Shown: positions 32,648 through 38,105 of the stretch, in pieces
Position numbering within the stretch: position 1 is the stretch's first letter
Layout: each line of letters begins with the position of its first letter
IMG/VR virus record: IMGVR_UViG_3300045988_093233
Coordinates: 1 to 39,186 of that record
Direction: 5' to 3' (one strand)
DNA length: 39,186 nt
DNA from: a virus
The notes under the pieces: model-generated
Databases searched by the model: none
What the model was told of the DNA's origin: nothing
The model's input: only the letters and a program-made list of their open reading frames with translations
Program-made: the position numbers and the translations under genes

Positions 32648-32656
32648 ATTGTACCA
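32648..32656 (-). promoter_or_regulatory. Extended -10 promoter (TGgTACAAT) for the tRNA transcript
   Basis: Minus strand reads ...aatgTGgTACAATagtagtg. The -35 is poor. Confidence 0.45.
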
Positions 32657-32750
32657 CATTTCCATAGATTTTTCGTCCGCGGAAAGTCCGCATTTTTCAA
32701 CGGTTTGCGGGTTTTGCCGAAAAAAGTTTGAAAAAAATTAAAAAAAGGTG

Positions 32751-32780
32751 TTGACATCATACCCGACGGTATGCTATGAT
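32751..32780 (+). promoter_or_regulatory. Near-consensus promoter of the plus-strand cassette
   Basis: TTGACA (32751-32756), 18-nt spacer, TATGAT (32775-32780). An A-rich UP-like tract lies upstream. Confidence 0.7.
32758..32774. promoter_or_regulatory. Operator-like inverted repeat CATACC-cgac-GGTATG(C) inside the promoter spacer
   Basis: Perfect 6-bp arms. The same 17-mer recurs at 33307-33323. Confidence 0.6.
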
Positions 32781-32833
32781 GTGGATACAACGAAAGAGCG
32801 GAACGGCAAAAGCCGATCGAAAGGAGAAAGAAA

Positions 32834-33103
32834 ATGAAGAAATACGTTTTTGAGGAGTACAGGGACAAAGCAGGTGTCGGAAGTGAAAAGATTTTCGACA
32901 CAAAAAAAGAAGCTGTTATGTTCGCAGAAAGCGAATGGAAATTCTTAACGGAAAATGACAAAGCGTCATACTTAAACGACGCAAACGGAACTTTTCGCGT
33001 CTACGAATTAGAATTCTCGCAGGAGCAGGCAGAGGATGAAGATTTGATGCTTAGCGAATTGTGGTATGCTGATGTGTGGGACGCATTGAGTGAGGGCAGA
33101 TAA
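32834..33103 (+). CDS. Small acidic protein (89 aa), first gene of the cassette
   Basis: AAGGAGA RBS. Rich in D/E (QEQAEDEDLMLSELWYADVWDALSE). Its stop overlaps the next start (TAATG). Confidence 0.65.
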   Translation: MKKYVFEEYRDKAGVGSEKIFDTKKEAVMFAESEWKFLTENDKASYLNDANGTFRVYELEFSQEQAEDEDLMLSELWYADVWDALSEGR

Positions 33104-33285
33104 TGGGAAAGACATCTAGTGAAGCCAAAGCCCGTTGGAAAAAAGCCAACTACGCAGAATACCATGTGAACTTGCGAAAAGATACCGACAGCGACCTAAT
33201 CGCGTTGGTGGAACGGCGAAAGCACAACGGCGAAAGCACAACGGAGGTTTTCCGGGACGCACTTAGAAAATTAAAAGAGGGTTGA
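33103..33285 (+). CDS. Ribbon-helix-helix (CopG/Arc-like) DNA-binding protein
   Basis: ANYAEYHVNLRKDTDSDLIALVERRKHNGESTTEVFRDALRKL fits a beta-strand / helix / helix RHH layout. Confidence 0.6.
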   Translation: MGKTSSEAKARWKKANYAEYHVNLRKDTDSDLIALVERRKHNGESTTEVFRDALRKLKEG

Positions 33286-33305
33286 CCAAAACCCTCAAAA
33301 ACATA

Positions 33306-33323
33306 GCATACCCGACGGTATGC
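33306..33323. promoter_or_regulatory. Second copy of the palindrome GCATACC-cgac-GGTATGC
   Basis: Identical core to the promoter operator. It follows a GAGGGTT/AACCCTC hairpin at the end of the RHH gene. Confidence 0.5.
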
Positions 33324-33423
33324 TGACCAAATTAAAAGCCCATGTAAAGAGAATTGGGTTAAGTTTTGTGAGGCAAAACGAACTTGTATGTTGTTAGGGG
33401 TTAGAATTTAGGAGGTTCAAAAC

Positions 33424-33441
33424 ATGAGAAGAATTAAATAA
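33424..33441 (+). CDS. Possible 5-codon leader ORF (MRRIK)
   Basis: AGGAGG lies 8 nt upstream of the ATG. Two GC-rich hairpins (33444-33459, 33466-33482) follow before the next gene. Confidence 0.3.
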   Translation: MRRIK

Positions 33442-33513
33442 ACGGCGGCACTAGCCGCCCCGTCTGCCGGTACAAGTCCGGCACTGATGAGCAAGAGCGA
33501 AACGGAGGGAAAA

Positions 33514-33717
33514 ATGAAAATTAGAAGTTTGTACATAACTGCTAGTAGAGCAGTTGCAGCACTTGCAAAAAAGTGGGAAGTGAATCCTGTATGGGTATGG
33601 GATTTGTTTGAATATGAATTCGGTGTTATAAAAGGCTTAGGCAATCTGGTTTCACAAGATGAGATCAACAGGGTTGAAAGCATCATTTGTGAAGAAATCA
33701 TTCATGACAGATCATGA
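33514..33717 (+). CDS. Hypothetical protein (67 aa)
   Basis: GGAGGG RBS before ATG 33514. The in-frame ATG 33487 has no RBS. Confidence 0.55.
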   Translation: MKIRSLYITASRAVAALAKKWEVNPVWVWDLFEYEFGVIKGLGNLVSQDEINRVESIICEEIIHDRS

Positions 33718-33732
33718 GAACGGAGGTACAAA

Positions 33733-33945
33733 ATGAGAAAGGTATTAAGCGCGATTACGGTAATTCTGATGGTTTTTACAATCGCATTAGCTAGCCATGT
33801 ATGGACGATGCACCATCTGAGCATCGAAACCGACGGCGACGGTGACAGCGCATTTATCACCTGTGCCGGTCTGACATGGTTCTATGGTATCAACGGCTAT
33901 GCCATAGATGCAGGCGGAAAAATGGTTGATTTTATCTGTGATTGA
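33733..33945 (+). CDS. Small membrane/secreted protein (70 aa)
   Basis: N-terminal hydrophobic segment VLSAITVILMVFTIALA. GGAGG RBS. Confidence 0.6.
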   Translation: MRKVLSAITVILMVFTIALASHVWTMHHLSIETDGDGDSAFITCAGLTWFYGINGYAIDAGGKMVDFICD

Positions 33946-33977
33946 TGATAGAATTACGAAAACAGGAGGACGAAAAG

Positions 33978-34397
33978 ATGAAAATTATGCAAGAAAACGG
34001 AAAGATCGTTATGGACATTACAATCTCGCAACCTCAGAAGAACGGTGATGTATACAAATACATCACAAAGAAACGTTTGGGTGGAAGTGTTACCGAGGAC
34101 GAATTTCTCGGTCTCAATGCCCCGGATATTCTGGTCGAAATATCCATGCCAGAGCTTCAAGGTTCCGAAAAACAAATTGCATGGGCCGAAGACATCAGGA
34201 TGAATATGATTTACAATTTTATGCACGAAAAAATTGAGATGAATGGTTGGGTATCCATGTTAGATCAAGGAAAAGCAATGGGAATCAATACGTATCAGGA
34301 GTTGTTCGAAGCACTGATGAAAGCGAATTTTCCGAAGTTGCTGCAAGAGACAAAAGCAAAAGAGATCATAGAGAATAGATACGCAATAAGGTTTTAG
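33978..34397 (+). CDS. Hypothetical protein (139 aa) with a GSEKQIAWAEDIR motif
   Basis: AGGAGG lies 8 nt before ATG 33978. I could not assign a family. Confidence 0.6.
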   Translation: MKIMQENGKIVMDITISQPQKNGDVYKYITKKRLGGSVTEDEFLGLNAPDILVEISMPELQGSEKQIAWAEDIRMNMIYNFMHEKIEMNGWVSMLDQGKAMGINTYQELFEALMKANFPKLLQETKAKEIIENRYAIRF

Positions 34398-34405
34398 GTG
34401 GGAAA

Positions 34406-34621
34406 ATGAAAAAATATCATGTTGAATACGCAACACCGGAAATGGTAAAAGATCACGGTGGATTACACGATTTGAGTTGGGGAGATATTAGTGATGCGAT
34501 CGACGCTGAAAGCGAAGATGAGGCTATTGAATTAGCGAAGCAGTCACTAATTGATGATGGATATGAAGAGAATATCGAAGATGTTTATTTTCGAGCAAAA
34601 ACTATTGACAAAATTTATTGA
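34406..34621 (+). CDS. Small acidic protein (71 aa)
   Basis: D/E-rich (DAIDAESEDEAIELAKQSLIDDGYEENIEDV). Last ORF of the cassette. Confidence 0.6.
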   Translation: MKKYHVEYATPEMVKDHGGLHDLSWGDISDAIDAESEDEAIELAKQSLIDDGYEENIEDVYFRAKTIDKIY

Positions 34622-34633
34622 AAATGATATTGT
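34605..34633 (+). promoter_or_regulatory. Promoter of the three-module RNA
   Basis: TTGACA (34605-34610), 17-nt spacer, TATTGT (34628-34633). The predicted start is about 34640, at the first module. Confidence 0.55.
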
Positions 34634-34638
34634 GATAG

Positions 34639-34669
34639 TGTCATACCATGCAGCGTTGTGAGTAGAAAC
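34639..34669 (+). repeat. Module 1 (N12 = TACCATGCAGCG)
   Basis: Exact TGTCA and TTGTGAGTAGAAAC flanks. Confidence 0.9.
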
Positions 34670-34696
34670 ATGTTCAATATTTTATGTATTGCAAGA

Positions 34697-34727
34697 TGTC
34701 ATGTCGAAAGGCATTGTGAGTAGAAAC
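34697..34727 (+). repeat. Module 2 (N12 = TGTCGAAAGGCA, self-complementary with GAAA loop)
   Basis: Exact TGTCA and TTGTGAGTAGAAAC flanks. Confidence 0.9.
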
Positions 34728-34758
34728 TTGTTATGATTTTATTGAAATCATAAATGAC

Positions 34759-34789
34759 TGTCACGCTGTATGGTATTGTGAGTAGAAAC
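34759..34789 (+). repeat. Module 3 (N12 = CGCTGTATGGTA, reverse complement of module 1's N12 with one G-U)
   Basis: Exact TGTCA and TTGTGAGTAGAAAC flanks. Confidence 0.9.
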
Positions 34790-34813
34790 ATTTCTTGATA
34801 AAGTATCTACAAA

Positions 34814-34846
34814 GAAAAAAGCAAGGCATAACACCTTGCTTTTTTC
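34814..34846. terminator. Bidirectional terminator shared by the ncRNA and the convergent early operon
   Basis: AAAAAA-GCAAGG-cataaca-CCTTGC-TTTTTT. Confidence 0.8.
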
Positions 34847-35272
34847 TTATAGATTATTTACCTTGTAATCGGCGATTTTACGGAGTTTTTTTCTCAACTT
34901 GCTCAATCTGTCATAGGTTGCAGTTCTGTCGTATCCTAGGGCGCTTTTGAGGTATTCGAAGTTCTTCGTTCCCTTCTGCTGCGCGATGTACTGGATCATC
35001 AGCAGTTCGTCTGCATCTAAGGCAGCTGTCAGATTTTTATAGGCGTTCAGATATTCTTGGTATTCTCTGATCTCCCAGTCGATTTTTTCCCTTCGCTGCG
35101 CTTTTTGCACTGTCGGGTCCGATATTCCGCTGCCGCGAACATGGGAATAGTCCATGCCGCCGGAATCGGCTGCAGCTTCTTTTTCGGCGATCAGTTCCGC
35201 CAGTATTCTGACGTTTTTGTCATAGTCTGATAGGAACCGGTCAACGTCGAAGTTATAGTATTTTTCTACCAT
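34847..35272 (-). CDS. ArpU/RinA-type late transcription activator (sigma region-4-like)
   Basis: Last gene of the early operon. C-terminal ELLMIQYIAQQKG...LGYDRTATYDRLSKLRKKL is an HTH-like pattern. GAGGAG RBS before ATG 35272. Confidence 0.5.
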   Translation of the reverse strand: MVEKYYNFDVDRFLSDYDKNVRILAELIAEKEAAADSGGMDYSHVRGSGISDPTVQKAQRREKIDWEIREYQEYLNAYKNLTAALDADELLMIQYIAQQKGTKNFEYLKSALGYDRTATYDRLSKLRKKLRKIADYKVNNL

Positions 35273-35552
35273 GATTTTTCTCCTCATATTGCGCTTCGAA
35301 TATATGCATCATATCACAAAATCCTTGTGTGATGTCTTCTATGTCGTATTCGTAATATACGAGTTTTTTCGGATATGAAAGCGTAACAGCAGCGCCATCT
35401 TTTTCGATTACTAAAAATATTAAATGTTCGTGTTCATCATCGACAAAACGTGTTTCTATTTCCTTTTTTTTGCAATCTGATATAAAGTCATTTATCGCAT
35501 TGTAGAACCGTTTTTCCGTTTTGTCACATTTTTTGCGATATTTTCTACCCAT
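35253..35552 (-). CDS. Hypothetical protein (99 aa)
   Basis: ATG 35552 immediately follows the upstream stop. Confidence 0.5.
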   Translation of the reverse strand: MGRKYRKKCDKTEKRFYNAINDFISDCKKKEIETRFVDDEHEHLIFLVIEKDGAAVTLSYPKKLVYYEYDIEDITQGFCDMMHIFEAQYEEKNHGRKIL

Positions 35553-35553
35553 A

Positions 35554-35742
35554 TCAATCCTTTCTACCGGATAATCGGTGATATCGTTCTCGGCTGTAGG
35601 CAGTAGCCAAACCACGTGCTAGGTTCGCCTTATATTCAGCCTCTTTTTTGCGTTCTTTTTCTACTGTGAAAATCGTGTAATCATCGCAGGACGAATGGCA
35701 GCCTATTTCCCTGCGTTCGCATCCGTAGCATGGTACATTCAT
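35554..35742 (-). CDS. Small Cys-rich protein (62 aa)
   Basis: MNVPCYGCERREIGCHSSCDDY..., with an ATGA overlap with the upstream gene. Confidence 0.55.
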   Translation of the reverse strand: MNVPCYGCERREIGCHSSCDDYTIFTVEKERKKEAEYKANLARGLATAYSRERYHRLSGRKD

Positions 35743-36179
35743 TTTAACTCCTTCATGACTCCTTTGTAGCAAATATCCGGATATTCTCCGCATTCATCGG
35801 GCGAAGCTGCGCAGAACTGGCAAATATTTTCCGGCGTCAGTTCTGACGGATCTTTGCACTTTATCCAACCGTGTAGGTAAGTATCTTTGGTCATCAGAAA
35901 CTTGTTGCACATAGCTGCTACTTGAATAGCTTCGGCAGCTGTTTTTAGAGCAAAGTTTTTCAGATTTTCAACGCTTTTTCTTGGATTCTTATCTCTCTTC
36001 ACGTAGTCCCACATAGCTTGAATGCAATACCCCATTGCTTTTACGTTTTCTTCTGTTTCTTCAAGCTCTTCTAGGATCACCGCATAGGCTTCATGGTCCG
36101 AATGAAACAGTGGATATTTCTCATTTGCTTCTTTCAGTTCTTCGTCTGCTAACGCTTGGATTTTTGATAATTCAGTCAT
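35739..36179 (-). CDS. MazG-like all-alpha NTP pyrophosphohydrolase-family protein with a Cys-rich tail
   Basis: FHSDHEAYAVILEELEETEENV matches the E-x-x-E metal-binding helix pattern of MazG-like proteins. Confidence 0.45.
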   Translation of the reverse strand: MTELSKIQALADEELKEANEKYPLFHSDHEAYAVILEELEETEENVKAMGYCIQAMWDYVKRDKNPRKSVENLKNFALKTAAEAIQVAAMCNKFLMTKDTYLHGWIKCKDPSELTPENICQFCAASPDECGEYPDICYKGVMKELK

Positions 36180-36579
36180 CGATTTTCCTTTCAACTAGTT
36201 CCATAATACAATAATTCGCAAGGTCTAGCAATGTATCGTCGATGGATTCATCAACGTGCTGTTTGCCTCCGTTCATTAACGTCTCTAGGCGGTTTAGTTT
36301 GTCGTTTAGGCGGATTAAAATTGCGTTTGGATACTTTCTTCGTACCAGTGCAAAAGAATCGCCGTAATCAGCGTTTTTTGCTTTGTATGTTTCATGCAGC
36401 ATCTGACAAATGTCTGCATGGACATCTTCCTTGATCGGATCCGACCCCAGCGTTTTTACATACTCTGAAAACTCTTCTTCGTCCATCGCGTTGATTCTCT
36501 TTATTTCTTCATTCAATTCTTCCTCACTCAGAACGGATCCCAAAAGTTCCCGGACCCAAATTCTTGCAATAAAGCTCAT
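36172..36579 (-). CDS. DUF1599-like (nucleotide-modification-associated, MazG-related) protein
   Basis: KAKNADYGDSFALVRRKY...IRLNDKLNRLETL...ESIDDTLLDLANYCIM matches my memory of the DUF1599 pattern. Confidence 0.55.
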   Translation of the reverse strand: MSFIARIWVRELLGSVLSEEELNEEIKRINAMDEEEFSEYVKTLGSDPIKEDVHADICQMLHETYKAKNADYGDSFALVRRKYPNAILIRLNDKLNRLETLMNGGKQHVDESIDDTLLDLANYCIMELVERKIDD

Positions 36580-36941
36580 TCCTGCTCACCTGCCTTATTC
36601 AAGAAATACTCTGCTACGCATTTTTGGCATGGTTTATTTTCATAATTTCCATCATTTTTCGGCTGATACTTCAAATGAATATCCTTCGGGATTTCATCGC
36701 AAAGGAAATAATCTACTCTTCCTAACTTGACAATATATTCTGCCATTAGTTCAATGGCTTTTTCATACTGTTTTTTGGTTTCTAAATATCCAATAAAGTA
36801 TGCGGAACTTCCTTTTGCGGTTTCGTATACAGCACAGTGTGTTGCATCCATTTCATGGATGGTTCCATGTGTCCATGCTTGACATGCCCATTCATGGATG
36901 CAGCTTGAACATGTCTTATCGCATTTCTTCTGTTTCTTCAT
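36576..36941 (-). CDS. Cys/His-rich protein (121 aa)
   Basis: CDKTCSSCIHEWACQAW...THCAVYE...CQKC, with ATGA overlaps on both sides. Confidence 0.55.
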   Translation of the reverse strand: MKKQKKCDKTCSSCIHEWACQAWTHGTIHEMDATHCAVYETAKGSSAYFIGYLETKKQYEKAIELMAEYIVKLGRVDYFLCDEIPKDIHLKYQPKNDGNYENKPCQKCVAEYFLNKAGEQE

Positions 36942-37240
36942 TCTTCCTCACTCCAATCTATGGCTTGCCCGCAGTTCGGACAGTATTTATGCGTGTCTGT
37001 TCCCACCTCGTAGTATGTATCGCAGTTCGGACAAATCCATGTGTCGTAAACTAATTCCCCTCTCCAATATCCATCGCCCTCAAAGCGAGGCTTCTTCGGA
37101 ATTTGCTTTTCCAGCGCTTCCAGTGCCATTTGCACAGCGCATGGTTTTTCGTCCGTATGTTTACAAATGCCATCCATGCACCCTAATATGTTATAGCAAA
37201 TATTTCTACTAATGATTTCTATTGCTTCCTCATATGTCAT
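36938..37240 (-). CDS. Zinc-ribbon protein, paralog B (100 aa)
   Basis: MTYEEAIEI...ICPNCDTYY...YCPNCGQAIDWSEEE. Paralogous to 37237-37530. Confidence 0.6.
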   Translation of the reverse strand: MTYEEAIEIISRNICYNILGCMDGICKHTDEKPCAVQMALEALEKQIPKKPRFEGDGYWRGELVYDTWICPNCDTYYEVGTDTHKYCPNCGQAIDWSEEE

Positions 37241-37530
37241 TCTGCCTCACTCCAATCTATGGTTTGCCCGCACACGGGACAGTTTCTGTGCCAATATGGT
37301 CTTTTGATTGCGTCCATTGCAACCTCTGCTCCGAATGAATAATCGCATTGCGGGCAAAAAGCGTTGTAAATCGTGATTTTAGGTTTTCTCGGTTCCTGAA
37401 ATCCTGCCGATTCCGCACACAGTGTCAAAAATTCGATGTTTTCTGATGTTGGTCTGATCGTTACCGTGTTGCCAAATCTTAACTGATCCACGATGCCTAA
37501 ACCTATATCCATCGCTTCTTCATACGTCAT
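37237..37530 (-). CDS. Zinc-ribbon protein, paralog A (97 aa)
   Basis: MTYEEAMDI...FCPQCDYSF...NCPVCGQTIDWSEAE. Confidence 0.6.
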   Translation of the reverse strand: MTYEEAMDIGLGIVDQLRFGNTVTIRPTSENIEFLTLCAESAGFQEPRKPKITIYNAFCPQCDYSFGAEVAMDAIKRPYWHRNCPVCGQTIDWSEAE

Positions 37531-37536
37531 TCCTGC

Positions 37537-37770
37537 TCACCTGCCTCGCATTTCTTTCATTTTCTCTAAAAACGCTTCCATTTCCTCGATATTCAGTCCT
37601 ACAGGAAGACCTGTAAATCCATCTTCCATTGAAAAAACGTTTATGTCATGCCATATTTCAATCTCGACTATGTGGACAAAATCATCATAATCTTTCTTGT
37701 AGGTAACTTTGTATTGAGATTCGTCCACTAAATCAAATCCTAGGGCTTTGATTTTTTCATTCATTGTCAT
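37537..37770 (-). CDS. Hypothetical protein (77 aa)
   Basis: ORF in the operon. Confidence 0.55.
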   Translation of the reverse strand: MTMNEKIKALGFDLVDESQYKVTYKKDYDDFVHIVEIEIWHDINVFSMEDGFTGLPVGLNIEEMEAFLEKMKEMRGR

Positions 37771-37805
37771 ACTCCTTTCATTTTCAGCAGTATACGCATG
37801 TTTTG

Positions 37806-38105
37806 TTATACTTCATTGCTTCTAAACCGCTGCCCGCATTGAGGATAAAACACAAAATCATCTGCCACCATCTCTGACCGGAACGCTTGATTGCACCTCG
37901 GACATTCAAAATAGTGTCCTTCCTCGTCTACGTTTACCGGTGGCATCGGTACTTGGTACTGCATCAACTTATCAGCATACTTGAACATGTACTGAATCTC
38001 GTACTTTGTCGCAGCATGCCCACCTCGCTTGATGCTGATTTTTCGGATCTCATCAAACCATTTCATTGCCTTTTGCGGTGTTAAATCATTCTTTTTCGGT
38101 GTCAT
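37806..38105 (-). CDS. Zinc-ribbon protein (99 aa)
   Basis: FECPRCNQAF...YPQCGQRF. Confidence 0.55.
   Translation of the reverse strand: MTPKKNDLTPQKAMKWFDEIRKISIKRGGHAATKYEIQYMFKYADKLMQYQVPMPPVNVDEEGHYFECPRCNQAFRSEMVADDFVFYPQCGQRFRSNEV

Larger units (their letters stand above)
34640..34846 (+). ncRNA. Candidate ~205-nt structured RNA with three TGTCA-N12-TTGTGAGTAGAAAC modules
   Basis: Own promoter and terminator, and no ORF. Compensatory pairing with G-U wobbles is valid only for the plus-strand RNA. Confidence 0.55.

Noticed and set aside
32345-32741. Two 106-aa ORFs (32345-32665 minus, 32421-32741 plus) in the GC-rich region.
   Set aside because: They run straight through the tRNA-Tyr gene, lack ribosome-binding sites and have Arg/Pro/Gly-rich composition typical of random GC-rich frames. 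A 14-codon plus-strand ORF with an AAAGGAGG RBS at 32623 was also noticed, but it is antisense to the predicted tRNA leader and unsupported.
33417-33701. 94-aa minus-strand ORF opposite the plus-strand cassette.
   Set aside because: It has no RBS, is highly hydrophobic and low-complexity, and is antisense to an RBS-supported plus-strand gene and the leader hairpins.
34639-34789. Bona fide CRISPR array (three repeats, two spacers).
   Set aside because: Only 19 of 31 nt per unit are conserved, because the central 12 nt differ. There are only three units and the spacers are 27-31 nt. No cas genes or leader are present anywhere in the genome. I report it as a repeat-like structured RNA instead.
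34655-34789. Cas12a-type crRNA handle: on the minus strand the motif reads GTTTCTACTCACAA, sharing UUUCUACU with Cas12a repeats.
   Set aside because: The complementary GUAGAU half needed for the Cas12a pseudoknot hairpin is missing downstream on that strand. The promoter, terminator and G-U wobbles also favour plus-strand transcription.
34639-34789. Type III toxin-antitoxin (ToxI-like repeat array).
   Set aside because: ToxI-type arrays are short tandem repeats immediately upstream of a toxN-like endoribonuclease gene. Here a terminator and a convergent operon follow, and no such ORF is adjacent.
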